A DNA stretch of 50,899 nucleotides, taken from Trichodelitschia bisporula (taxonomy: Eukaryota). The DNA is taken from positions 625,789-676,687 of the forward strand of contig ML996706.1 of assembly GCA_010356995.1 (NCBI GenBank), written 5' to 3'. Positions within the stretch are counted from its first letter, which is position 1; each line of letters starts with the position of its first letter. Shown here piece after piece: positions 38,207-49,320 of the stretch. The notes below the pieces were generated by a model. That model saw only the letters and a list, made by a program, of their open reading frames with translations, did not search any database and was not told the origin of the DNA. A program made the translations under genes and the position numbers.

Positions 38207-38334
38207 AAAGGTGTTCAAAAATTCCCAGCCGATCCGAAGACCAACTGGAGAGGTCAGGAATGTAGTTTTCAACTAGCAATAACACGGGCTCAGACGAATC
38301 TTCACTGCCACGCGTAAAGCCCGAGCACTTGGAT
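38207..38334 (-). ncRNA. U4: U4 spliceosomal snRNA
   Basis: Minus strand AUCCAAGUGCUCGGG..UACGC..CAGUGAAGAUUCGUCUGAG..GUGUUAUUGCUAGUUGAAAACUA.. matches the recalled yeast/fission yeast U4 layout (stem II, kink-turn 5' stem-loop, stem I UGCUAGUU). It has a 3' stem-loop with a C(UUCG)G loop and Sm site AAUUUUUG. Ends approximate. Confidence 0.93.
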
Positions 38335-38375
38335 GGAGAAGAAAGAAAGAGGATTCGAAGGGGGGAGCTGGAGGC

Positions 38376-38382
38376 TTTTATA
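38376..38382 (-). promoter_or_regulatory. TATA box of the U4 gene
   Basis: TATAAAA followed by a pyrimidine-rich tract, 42-48 nt upstream of the U4 5' end. Confidence 0.75.
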
Positions 38383-38599
38383 CCCAGGGAAAGCTGGGGC
38401 CACGTCCACTTCTCTGCGGCTTGGCGACGTGTCGGCTGCTGCCTGGTTTGTATGTTGCTGTTGCCTTGCGCAGGTGTTGGTGTTACAACGACACACATCG
38501 TGACCACTCAGACGACAACCTCATCCTGTCCTCCTGCTTAGAGACAATGTAATCTACCTCAAGGACTCAAAACGCCGTATTTTTGCCACCAATTCACCA

Positions 38600-38689
38600 G
38601 CGGCTTTAGCTCAGTTGGGAGAGCGTCAGACTGAAGTGTACTTCGGTCCAGGCATCTGAAGGTCACCCGTTCGATCCGGGTAAGCCGCA
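38600..38689 (+). tRNA. tRNA-Phe(GAA) with a 17-nt intron (38637-38653)
   Basis: Acceptor GCGGCTT/AAGCCGC, D arm GCTC/GAGC, anticodon stem TCAGA/TCTGA with GAA at 38633-38635, T arm ACCCG-TTCGATC-CGGGT, followed by T tracts. Confidence 0.97.
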
Positions 38690-39532
38690 CTTTTATCTTT
38701 TGCTCGGAAGGCCCAAGGGGTCGTCGGTCACCGTTGTGCAGTCACACGCGCCTCTGATTGCGACTTCCCTTTTGCTCTCGTCCCATGTGTGGTTGCTTCG
38801 GCGTAGCTCTTTCCAACCGACGCCGAGACGGGCTGCTTTCGGCTGGGCATGAAAGGTTCGGATTTTACGACCTTCAGTGCGGTCACGACATGACATCCCA
38901 CTGGTCTCCGGGTCCCCGCATACACTGTACGGCTTCGACCATGAGACGTTGCGGGATCGGATACATTTGCAACTGACAATTGCGCGGACTCCGTCCGACC
39001 GAGCGGGAACGGTATCCACGATACACACCACGGGTTCAATCGACTGCGGCTGCGTCTCGCTGGAGGATTTGGGGCTGATATGGGTCGACCACGAGTATGG
39101 GCCGACCTCGAGTCTAAACGGAAATCCGACCCTGGGGTTGAAGTGGAGCTGTACCGTAGTACAACCAACCCTGGCAGTGATCCACAAACACATGGGACGA
39201 AGGTAGGGGGCCGCGAGGCTCGACCTCAGCCTTCCATGGGTGGAGCGGGCTAGCGCGAACCGAAAGTCGGTTGGCGGACCACGGCTCGTTCAATACCGAC
39301 ATCTTTCACACGCTTGCTGCTCCGAACAATTGCTCCAAACCCCTTGGACCGACGACCGGACCGGACTATTCATTGTGTCTCACGGAATCAGCGTGCTACC
39401 CCTATTTCCTATCACAACGTCCAAGCATCGGCTGATCGAACGCAGGAAGCATCATCCAGGGCAGGAATCTGGAGTATTTGAGTTCACGGAATCGGTAGAC
39501 ATGTTCTCCTATTGACCGGCCGGGTGGACCCG

Positions 39533-41595
39533 CTATTCAAAGACGATAGCCTCGAGCTCACCCCGCTGCTTCTGTTTGATCCACCCCCGAATCAGGGCCA
39601 GGCGGTATATGAAGCAAAAGCCCACGCGGCGGAAACGGGGCTCCCCCGGGACAATACGCTCCACCAGCAGCCCCAGGCTCGCAACATCTCGATCCTCCTC
39701 AGGCACACTTTCGTCAGAATCGTCCCGCGCCCACGCCAGCGGGAAAATGTTCCAATCGCGCCCCTCGACCTCACTCAACGGCCGGTACATGCCGCCCGTA
39801 TCCCAGGTGCAGAAGATCCCGTCCTCCGCATCCCACCCCTCCATGCACCACCCCAGCCTTGGATGGGGATACCCAGCGCGCGTCTCCGTCGGCTTGGGGG
39901 TCACCTTGATGAGACACACGCGCAGTTTCGCCACTGCGAAGCCCACCTCGCCGTACGGATTCAGGCCCTTGATCGGGACGTCGATGTCGTCAATCTCAAT
40001 GAGATCGCCCCACGATCCCATATTCGTCGTCCCTATGGGCCCATTGTCAACAGATGCCCAGGACCACGATGGGCCCCGCGGTTCGGGTGGATGGCTACTG
40101 CGCCCGCCAATACCTTGCCACCCCAGCTCTTCGACGAAGTTGTCCCGCCATAGCCCGGCGACGTACTCGCCCTTCACCAACCCGGCCGCCTTAGCCGCCT
40201 GCGCCAGCCCCGAGAGCGCGGGGAGTTTGTCGGACGGGTTCGTCAGCTTGCGCTCCGAGTACTCAGATAGTATGGTCTGCCAGCGCGTCGAGCCGCGCGG
40301 CGCACCTTGGAAGTACGGGCCGTGGCGCTCTTCGAGAGAGTACTCGGTCCCCGTCTGGACCCAGCCATCTTCGGTCCGGAAATGCGCCAGGCACTCGTAG
40401 CACGCTTGCGAGGTGGCGAAGTGCAGCTTGCGCATCGGGAGGTAGCGTTCCTGCAGCGTCCAGGCGCGCACCGAGATCGGCTCGTCGGCCATCTTGGCGT
40501 GGTCGGTGTTGAATGCTGCCAGGCCCTGGGGGACGTAGAAGGCGTACACGGTGCCGGAGACGCCGCTGATGGTGGTCGACAGGGGAATGTTCCGGCGCTC
40601 GCCGCGCGAACCCAGAAAGCCTTCGGTGTCGGAGGCGCCACGTGAGGCAATAATCGTCAGGTATGACTTCGCGTACACGCCGGCCATGCGCGCGGCCTCG
40701 TACTCCCAGTCCGCACGGTCGTCCTGGATGATGCACAGGCTGTCGATCCACAGGTATCTCAAGCCCAGCGTGCGGGTGAGGCGAACAGCGTCCTTGAACG
40801 TCTGCGGCATGGCCGATACTGATATGGCCTTTTTGCGGTCCTGAAGGGTGTCCTTGGTGGTTAGGAGTTCGCGTGTGGGCCCCCAGCAGTGGCTCAGGGC
40901 GACATATGGTGCGGAGCCACCGCCCGGTTCGAGCAGTTTGACGATGCCGTCCGGGCCGTCCAGGTCGAGAATACGAGTGGGGAGGTCATACTGCAGCGGC
41001 GGATGATTGTGGCCGTCACATTCCTTGAGCCATGTTTGAAAGCGGGCGAGTACAGTGGGGTGCATCGGGTCGGGATACACGATACGCCCGCTGAAGCGGG
41101 ATCCGAGGGGTGAGTCTGAAGGTCAGCTGTGGGAATAGACTAGCCTGCAGTTCGGCAAGAGCACAACGCACCATCTTCCACGCAGTATCCCGCCGCGGCG
41201 ATGAGGTACACGTTATGACTATCCCGGGCGGGACTCAACACCATGAAGCCGTCGGCGTCCTCGCGCTTGCACATCCACAGCTGGTAGACTGGCGGGCCGT
41301 CGTTGTCGCGCGCGACGTATCCGGAATCTTTGTTTCCCTCCTCGATCAACGCCTCCACACGGACGATGCCTCTGTCGATCAGCTGGCATATCGGGCAGGC
41401 GGCGGCTGCCGTGCGAAGGGCGGCGAGTGAGGGGTGGTGAGGGACGCCGAGCACGCGGGGCTCTTCGGAGGAGCCTGACGGCATATAGGGAACGAGATCA
41501 TGGTCGTCGAGGGGACGGTGGAAGCTGGGCAGCCATTTGGGGAAGTCGGGGAGGTTGAAGAAGTCAATATTTTTGCAGATGGAGCACAGAGCCAT
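39533..41595 (-). CDS. HET-domain (heterokaryon incompatibility-type) protein
   Basis: Exons 41595-41172 and 41115-39533 (56-nt intron). Motifs LPTRILD, YVALSHCWG, PQTFKDAV, YLWIDSLCIIQDD..DW, RAWTLQER, YSERKLT..SDKLPALSGLA, PSWSWAS. Confidence 0.95.
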
Positions 41596-41633
41596 TGCGG
41601 ATTACTGTAGCTCAGAAGCCTTAATTCAAGATG

Positions 41634-41799
41634 AAGCCCAAGCTCAAGCTCAAGCTCAAGCTTCAAGCTCCAGAAACCTCAGCTGAATGGCGGGGTAGAT
41701 ATGTCCTGTACCCCTGCTGCCTCAGCTGCAATGTGCTTTTGGATATCGCTGGACGCCTAATGCCACAGGACGCCTAATGCCACAGGACGCCTAATGCCA
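41634..41799. repeat. Short tandem repeats upstream of the HET gene: (AAGCTC)~6 at 41634-41670 and 17-bp GGACGCCTAATGCCACA x2.9 at 41751-41799
   Basis: Read directly from the sequence. Confidence 0.9.
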
Positions 41800-41988
41800 T
41801 CAAACGCATAGATGCCGAAAATTAGGAGCTGAGATTCGTTCCAGATCTACAACGTGCATTAGCCTCACTAAAACCATGCGCTCGCCATGCAGTTCGCCCA
41901 ACGCGGCAGCCCCATATGTATCTGCCCCTGCCCTCCCGCCATGCAGCCATGCAGCCATGCATATTACCCCCACCGTGAACCCAAATAT

Positions 41989-43020
41989 TTATTGCCGCCC
42001 CTCTGCCTCGCTCTTCTCCCCGCTCCCATGTACACTCCCCCGCACTGCACTCGACGACCGCTTCCCCTCATCGACCTCCATGCGCACCGCCGGTCTCCCA
42101 ACCGAGTAACTCCCCGCTCCATGCGCGCCATCTCGCACCCAAAACCGACGGTCCACGCGCGAGAACGCGTACCCAAGCGCAACAAGCACCTCAACCGCGA
42201 ACCCAGATCCATAAAACGCCCCTCGACTGAGATATCCCGGCAGCGGCTGCGTGAGCGGCACAGGACCCTTCCACTGCACGCCGGCCTTGTAAGCGGCGCC
42301 GAACGTCACTAACGCGCTGCCAAGCACGAGGACCGCCAGCTTCGCATGCCATGACCCGGAGCCGAAGGGATCGCGCGGCCCGCGGAGGCACAGGAGTATA
42401 ATCGGCACCGGCGCAAACGCCATGGCTGTAAACAGCGTCACGCCGTAGAGCACCACGTCGTGGTCATGGCGGCGGGCGACGGTATCGAGGGTGTAGAAGG
42501 AGTGCACGACGACGGTGATCATGGCGGCGATGGTGGCGGCGATTACGCCATAGGCCACGCGAAAGGCTGCCGTGGTCGTCGGGTGCCAGCCGAAGACTGG
42601 GTGGGCCGAGCGGAGCATGCGCTGCACAAAAATCAGGTTTACGATGTAGAGCAGCACGACACCGGCGGCGGTGAAGACGGTTGCCGCGATGGAGAGGCTG
42701 AGGTCGCGGGGTTCGGCGGTAGAGGCGATGCGAAGGATGCAGGTGACAACGCGAGCCATGGAGAAACCTACCATTTTGAAAATTAGCGGAGCTTCACAGC
42801 ATCGAAACGGCGACAAACCAAACATCAAGAGCGAGAGCCGGAACTTGTGCTTTTCACGCTTGTTGCGCTGGAAAATAATCATATGCAAAGCAGCCGCGGT
42901 GATGAACAGCGCTAGAAAGACAGCAGTTATCGGGACATCAGTATGAACGGAAGGCCGACCGCCCAACGGCCAACCGTCGGGGAGGTATGGCGGTTTGGGT
43001 CGAGGGCTAGGGCTAGCCAT
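41989..43020 (-). CDS. Fungal multi-pass (~7 TM) membrane protein, DUF3112/RTA1-like
   Basis: Motifs LGGRP...DVPITAVF, HMIIFQRN..HKF..S..FGFSMARVVTCILRIA, IAATVFTAAGV.LLYIVNLIF.QR.LR..HP..GWH, RVDRRFWV. Probable in-frame intron 42818-42768. Confidence 0.8.
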   Translation of the reverse strand: MASPSPRPKPPYLPDGWPLGGRPSVHTDVPITAVFLALFITAAALHMIIFQRNKREKHKFRLSLLMFGLSPFRCCEAPLIFKMVGFSMARVVTCILRIASTAEPRDLSLSIAATVFTAAGVVLLYIVNLIFVQRMLRSAHPVFGWHPTTTAAFRVAYGVIAATIAAMITVVVHSFYTLDTVARRHDHDVVLYGVTLFTAMAFAPVPIILLCLRGPRDPFGSGSWHAKLAVLVLGSALVTFGAAYKAGVQWKGPVPLTQPLPGYLSRGAFYGSGFAVEVLVALGYAFSRVDRRFWVRDGAHGAGSYSVGRPAVRMEVDEGKRSSSAVRGSVHGSGEKSEAEGRQ

Positions 43021-43544
43021 TGAAGGAGCAAAAACAACGAGGCGATGATCATGTTATGGGTTTTTTGGGGTCACTTGTATGGTACCCGACCGAGGAAGAC
43101 GGGTAGAGAAATGCCGCGTGGGATGGAGGCGAAGTTGGAACATGCCAGCGGCTTTGCATTCCTAGGTACATGAGCACGCGCGTCGTGTGACGTGCAGAAG
43201 GGGGGGAGCGGGGGTGTTTGTCTGTCCATTGAATGGACCAGCTGAAGAAAACTAGGTAGTCATATTCCGAAGCAGTGACGGAAGAATTTGGCCAACAGAG
43301 GGCGCATCAAGCCTTTTCGGATCCGAGAAGCTTTGGGTGCGGGGCATACCCGTATTTGCGGCAGTCCGGAACCAAACGTGTGAAATCGCCGCCCGTAGCC
43401 CTTAACGCCGATGCATGTGGCGCGTTGCGGCAACTTCTGGGCGATCGCTAAGGTGATGCCACAGTATGAGGAAGCATTACGTGGATGCGGAGCTATCACG
43501 AACAGACTGGCCCAAGGCGGTCCACTACTTCAGGATGCACCGCC

Positions 43545-45995
43545 TCAAAAGCGGGGAACGGGGTGCTCTCGCTGATGGCCCTCATCAGTGCCCTCATCAG
43601 TGCCCTCAGCGGTTTGAGCGTCATTGGGTCCCCCAGTATCTCCAGTGTCCACCGTCTCCATAGACTTCCCAGTCTCCCCAGTCTCCCCAATCCCCGCAGC
43701 CTCAATGCGAGGCTCGTCAACAAATAACCCATCGTCCTCCAGGTCCACCCCGGGGTATTCGCCCTCGTCGTCCGCCAACTCGGGACCAAGTTCATCCGCT
43801 TCTGCGCCAAGTTGCTGCTGTGATAGTGAAGACATGCGCTTACGCAGCTCCTGCCGCATGAGGCGCAGCTTGGCGTACGTCAGGCTCAACTGGTCGAGCG
43901 TTGTCTCGATGGCCTGCTCCACGAGGTTCTTGGTGTGCATGGCGAGCGGGCGAGACGTGAAGACGCCCGGGAAGCGGAAGCTGAGCCACAGGTACAACAC
44001 GATTCCCTTGTGCAGCGTCTCGAGCTTCTTCAGCGCCTCACGGTCCCCCTGGGGCGGATTGTCCAGTACTTCGAGCTTCAGATTCTCAATCTCGAGCAGC
44101 CCGCCGCCTTTCTGCTTGGCGATGCAACTGGCCAGCTCGTGCATCAATACCTTCATGGCGGGGTTGCGCGCGTTCGCTGGAGCCGCAGTCAGCAGAATGC
44201 GGTCAGCAACAGTCAGATTCTTCACAGGGTGGATGGCGTCGGCGATAAGCAGCTGGTCGCGCAGGGAGCACAGATGGAAGCGCGGGCTCATTAGCGCAAT
44301 GTCGTGCAGACGCTGGATGATATAACTGAAGGGCGTGCCAGGCGGAAAGTAGCTGGAAAAACGCTGCACGACGTTCGCTGGTGGAAAGATTCCAGCCGAC
44401 TCGAGCGGCGCTGGCTCCGTCTCGAGCGCCTTCCTGACGATGTGATAGTCGCGCCCCTCGAGTGTCGTCACCAGCCCGACATTGTCCGGCACGCACGCGG
44501 CCGGTGGCGCGGGGAAGAGCTCCTTCGCCTGCGTAGCGGTGCGGTACCTCCCAGCGCGGCCCGCGATCTGGCGGATGTCGCTGATCGGTAACGTGCGCAA
44601 GATGTGGCCGTTGCTCTTGGCTATCGACTCGAAAATCACCCTTTTGATGCTCAGATTGAGTCCCATTCCCACGGCGTCGCTCGCAACTAGGAAGTCGTAA
44701 TCATTGTCTGGGTCGTTGAAGAGGCGCGCCTGTGCGGCCCGCGTTTCGGGCGGCAGGCTGCCGTACACGACGGCCACTTTCCTGCCCGTCATCTTCTGGA
44801 TCTGATTGCGTAGGGAGTGGATGCCGAGCACCGAGAATGAAATTAGGCAGTCACCCTTGCGGAGCTTCGTCAGGTCGCCTTTCAGGCTACGTCCCTCCAT
44901 ACGCAGCGGCGTGAGGCGCTCGTAGGTGTGGACCTCGAGTTTGTCGCCGCAGATGGCCGCAAGCTCCTTCACCAGTGGCACCGCGCGCATCTCACCGCAG
45001 AGATGCAGTTCCCGCGCGCGCAGCCCTAGCACTGCACCCGTCCACGCCCAGCCGCGCTCCTTTGAGCCGAGCATCTGGATCTCATCGACCACCGCCACGT
45101 CGAGCTCTGTTGATAGCGGTACCATCTCGACGGTGCAGCTCGTCATCTTCCAGTCCTTCGGCTGGCCTTCAGGCGCGCGCTGCTCCTCGCCGGTGACCAG
45201 CGCGCATGGCTTGCCGGAGTTATTGAGTCGCGTATAAACCTCGTGGGCAAGCAGCCGCAGCGGGCCCGCGTAACATCCGGTCTCCGCCGCTTCCAGCCGT
45301 TTGAGCGCATGGTACGTTTTGCCTGAGTTGGTCGGTCCGACGTGCAGGTGGATGGTCCGCTGGTACTCGCGTGTCCTGGGGTACCACTCGGCGGGGAAGC
45401 GGAGGTCCGCCAGAGCTTGCTGGGTCTTGATGTCTTGCGCCGTAAAGTTGCGGCCGAGAACATGGCTGTAAAAGGCGTGCCTGAGCTGCGTGTCGAGCGT
45501 CTGCTCGCCGTTCTCGATGAACATGCCAAACAGTGTGCGGAATTCGCCGCTCCGGCTGTGAATTTGGGATTCCATGTTCTTGCGAAAGTTGATAAAAGCC
45601 CGCTTAACGGCCTCCTCGGAAAGATCCTGGCTCTTCCATAGATATGCATTGGGGACATCTTCACCTAGCTTGGCGAGACGTGAGAGAATGACTTCTTGGG
45701 CTTCTGCGGGCGAGGGCGACTCTCGACCACGAGTCCACTTTCGGGTATCCTGGCGGGTCAGTGTCCGCGGGAGAGACAAGAATCGAGCATTTGGACTGAC
45801 CTTGGGTTCGGGGAGCTTGATACGCGAAGAGGACCGGCTGTTCTGTACGCGACCGTGGGCACCGCCATGCTTGCGGCCCAGAGGAGAGCGGCTCAGGCCG
45901 ATTTTCGCGTTTTGAGTCGATCTCGCTCGTCTAGGCTGTAGCTGCGAGAAGGTGCAGAAGATGCAGACGGACGGCCGCCGGTGAAAGACTTGCAT
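43545..45995 (-). CDS. SUV3: Mitochondrial ATP-dependent RNA helicase Suv3
   Basis: 816 aa single ORF with an Arg/Ser-rich presequence; motifs HVGPTNSGKT, GPLRLLAHE, CTVEM, DEIQM, RGWAWT, YGSLPPETR, SDAVGMGLNL, QIAGRAGR. Confidence 0.97.
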   Translation of the reverse strand: MQVFHRRPSVCIFCTFSQLQPRRARSTQNAKIGLSRSPLGRKHGGAHGRVQNSRSSSRIKLPEPKVSPNARFLSLPRTLTRQDTRKWTRGRESPSPAEAQEVILSRLAKLGEDVPNAYLWKSQDLSEEAVKRAFINFRKNMESQIHSRSGEFRTLFGMFIENGEQTLDTQLRHAFYSHVLGRNFTAQDIKTQQALADLRFPAEWYPRTREYQRTIHLHVGPTNSGKTYHALKRLEAAETGCYAGPLRLLAHEVYTRLNNSGKPCALVTGEEQRAPEGQPKDWKMTSCTVEMVPLSTELDVAVVDEIQMLGSKERGWAWTGAVLGLRARELHLCGEMRAVPLVKELAAICGDKLEVHTYERLTPLRMEGRSLKGDLTKLRKGDCLISFSVLGIHSLRNQIQKMTGRKVAVVYGSLPPETRAAQARLFNDPDNDYDFLVASDAVGMGLNLSIKRVIFESIAKSNGHILRTLPISDIRQIAGRAGRYRTATQAKELFPAPPAACVPDNVGLVTTLEGRDYHIVRKALETEPAPLESAGIFPPANVVQRFSSYFPPGTPFSYIIQRLHDIALMSPRFHLCSLRDQLLIADAIHPVKNLTVADRILLTAAPANARNPAMKVLMHELASCIAKQKGGGLLEIENLKLEVLDNPPQGDREALKKLETLHKGIVLYLWLSFRFPGVFTSRPLAMHTKNLVEQAIETTLDQLSLTYAKLRLMRQELRKRMSSLSQQQLGAEADELGPELADDEGEYPGVDLEDDGLFVDEPRIEAAGIGETGETGKSMETVDTGDTGGPNDAQTAEGTDEGTDEGHQREHPVPRF

Positions 45996-46243
45996 GGGAA
46001 GGTGGAGAGTAGTACTGTATTCCGGATGAGAATTATCTTGCGAACTTTCTCACCTCCGCCGTGCCGCCGCATTTATGCCTTGATGCCTGATTGACCAAGA
46101 CCCCCCGCTGTCACCGCGAGACGAGACGGACGTCACTGCATAGGAGCATCACTCCATACTCTTCGCCTTCCCCTCACCGTCAACTTTACGGGCCCTTTTG
46201 CTACATTCGCTGCGATTGGTCTGCCTTTGTCTCAATCGCCCCA

Positions 46244-48563
46244 ATGGGCCTCTCACTTCTCCAGCTCCAGCGCGAGCGTCAGTGCCCCGCCGCACCCAGT
46301 TCGCACACAGTCCACAAGCTAACCCGCCAGTTCTGCTCGATGTCGTGCGCAACACCGGCCGAGGAGACGTACGCCCTTCTCTGCCCCTCATTTTCCTTCC
46401 GCTAACAGCGTAGTGGAAAGTCATGGTGGTCGACGAGACCAGCCGCCGGTTGATCGACAACGTGGTGCGCGAAGACGACATCCTCCACGAAAACATCACA
46501 AGTATGCGTTCACTTCCTGTCTAGAGCCCTGCCAACGTCCAGACATTGAGCAGATCGAGCACCGCCGACCGATGAACCCAGACATGGATGCCATCTACAT
46601 CCTGACACCGCAACCGCACATCGTCGACTGCATCATGGCCGACTTCGAGCGCCGTCGGTATCGCCGAGCACACGTGCTGTGGACGTCGATCCTGCCCCCG
46701 CCGCTGCGTGAGCGCATAGATCGTTCGAACACGGCGCGATCGCAGATTGCGGCGCTGCGAGTCCTGAGCCTCGACTACTACCCCCGCGAGGCGCAGCTCG
46801 TGACGTTCCGCGACCCATGGAGCTTCCCGATCCTCTACCACCCTGCGTGCAGCAACCTCGTACGGAACCACATTGCGGATCTTGCACAAAAGGTGTGTAC
46901 TGTGCCTGCTTTATCGCCACTCTAACCGCTGCAGATCGTTGCCGTCTGCGTCGCCCTCGGCGAATACCCCACGATCCGCTTCTACCAACCCACGAACCCT
47001 CTCCCGACACACGAGTCGAGCGTGCTCTGCTCGTTTGTTGCCAAGGCGGTGCAGGATGAGATTGACGTTTACGCACAGTACCACGAGAACTTTCCACCCC
47101 CCAGCAACCGCCCGCGCGGCGCGCTGTACATCCTCGACCGCTCCATGGACCTGTGCGCGCCGTTCATCCACGAGTTCACATACCAAGCCATGGCGCATGA
47201 CCTGCTCCCCATCCGCGAAGGTGACAAGGTGACGTACAAGACGATCCTCAATGAGGGCAAGCCGGAGGAAGAGGAAAAGGAGATAGAAATTGACGAAAAG
47301 GACACAATCTGGGTTGACAACCGCCACCGCCACATGAAAGACACGATCGAGAAGCTGATGGGCGACTTCCAGCGCTTCATCGATGAGAACCCGCACTTCA
47401 CCAACGCCGACAGCAATGCAAGCGTCAACACGATCAAGGACATGCTCGCTGGGCTCCCACAGTTTCAGGCGATGAAGGAGGCGTACTCGCTGCACCTAAG
47501 CATGGCACAGGACTGCATGAACATCTTCCAGCGCCACAAGCTACCAGACCTCGCGTCGCTGGAGCAGTCGCTTGCCACCGGTTTGGACGAGGAGTACCGC
47601 AAGCCGAAGAACCTTGCGGACCAGGTCGTGCGGATGCTCGACGAGGAGGACATCCAGCCGGGTGACCGCTTGCGCCTCATCGCTCTCTACCTTCTCTACA
47701 AAGACGGGCTGCTCCCGGCTGATATTACCAAGTTGCTCGCGCACGCGCAGCTGCCGCCGCACGACCAAGAGGTGCTGCGCAACCTAGAGTTGCTTGGCGC
47801 CCGTGCGTTCAAGCCGCTCAAGGACACAAAGCCGCCACCACCACCTCTGTTCCCGAAGAAGCCAGCCCCGACGCAGGAAGAATACGGACTCTCCCGCTTC
47901 GAATCTGCGCTCAAGTTGCTGCTTGAGGAGCACGTGCGTGGCACTCTCGACCCGCTGGCGTTCCCGTACACGAAGCCGGACCTTGCCGCCGCCACGATCG
48001 ATCCCGCCGCCGTGGTGTCCAACGCCTCGCTGCGGTCTGCGAAGCCGACGTGGGCCAAGTCCAAACTGTCGTCCATTGAGCCACGGCAGCGTGTCATCGT
48101 CTTCATGTGCGGTGGTGCGACGTACAGCGAGAGCCGCGCGTGTTACGAAATCTCAGCGCAGACGAGCCGCGATGTGGTGCTGGTAACAAGCCACATGCTT
48201 ACGCCGGGGCTGTGGATGCGCCAACTGGGCGACTTGAGCTCGGATCGTCGACGCCTCGGACTGCCGGCCGACCAGCCGGCAAAGAAGGCTCCGGCTCATC
48301 TGTTCGAAGCGGAGGCGCCGAAACCGGTTTCAAAGGGGCCCGGGCCGGGGCCGGGGCCGGTGAAGCAGGGACTCCCAGGCAGGCCGGTGCCGACACAGCA
48401 GATGGCAGCGATGAATCTGAACGGCGGCGCACCAGGGCGAGCTGGGGCATCGTCGGCGCCGCCGGCCGGCACTTCATCGGCATCAGGATCAGCTGGACCG
48501 CCGCCGGTGCTCAAGAAGGACAAGGAAAAGAAGAAGCACCACTTCTTTGGATCGAAGAAGTAG
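46244..48563 (+). CDS. SEC1: Sec1/Munc18 exocytic SM protein
   Basis: Exons 46244-46277, 46331-46368, 46414-46501, 46543-46892, 46935-48563. Motifs WKVMVVD, DAIYILTP, LGEYPTIRF, DRSMDLCAPFIHEFTYQAMAHDLL, SLHLSMA, YGLSRF, IVFMCGGATYSESR. Confidence 0.97.
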
Positions 48564-48647
48564 CGTTCTCCGGCTTGCACTTAACTGTATCTTAGCGTAG
48601 TGGGATTAGCGTTCTGCTAGCAAATACCAGGTATCATCGGCGTTATG

Positions 48648-49320
48648 TCGTGGGAGACCAATGCCGGGCCTTGACCTTATTGGCTCCCCGCGATCTTCCC
48701 CCGCGGCTGCTGCTACGTCACGCCAGCCTTCCCGCACCCCGCCGTGCCTTAGGCAGACGGCAGCGCGATCTGCTCAAGAGTCTGGCGGCTCGCTCTTCAG
48801 ATAGATCTTGGTGGAAGTAACTTGTTCATGCCCGCACCATACCCATCGTGACTTCCACACTTTTGCACGCCCCTGACATCGAGTCTGCCAGCGCCCCCCA
48901 GGGATCCTGCGGAGGCAAGAGAGCCCTGGGTGCTGACCCGGCAACTGGCAACAGCTCCCAGGAGGGAAGCTGGGCCAGGACCGTGACAGTGGCGGGCTTC
49001 GTCGCTGGCGTCTCCATGACTAGCAGACGGATTGGAGAGCAGGGTTAGTTACACAAAAACAGCTATTTCAAACTCACGATCCCTACTTGTGTCAGGAGCG
49101 TGCAAAAGTGTGGAAGTCACGATGGGTATGGTGCAGGCATGAACAAGTTACTTCCACAAAGATCTATCTGAAGAGCGAGCCGCCAGACTCGTGAGCAGAT
49201 CGCGCTGCCGTCTGCCTAAGGCACAGCGGGGTGCGGGAAGGCTGGCGTGACGTGGCAGCAGCCGCGGGGGAAGATCGCGGGGAGCCAATGAGGTTAAGGC
49301 CCGGCATTGGTCTCCCACGA
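48648..49320. repeat. Long inverted repeat: 231-bp arms (48648-48878 / 49090-49320) around a 211-bp spacer
   Basis: Arms compared base by base: 223/231 identical, no indels. Confidence 0.97.

Noticed and set aside
43545..43556. Suv3 C-terminal PRF as a peroxisomal targeting signal
   Set aside because: Weak variant at the end of a low-complexity, repeat-derived tail; the protein has a mitochondrial presequence.
21986..48563. Many 100-320 aa antisense or alternate-frame ORFs over real genes
   Set aside because: Expected shadows of GC-rich codon usage; no motifs.
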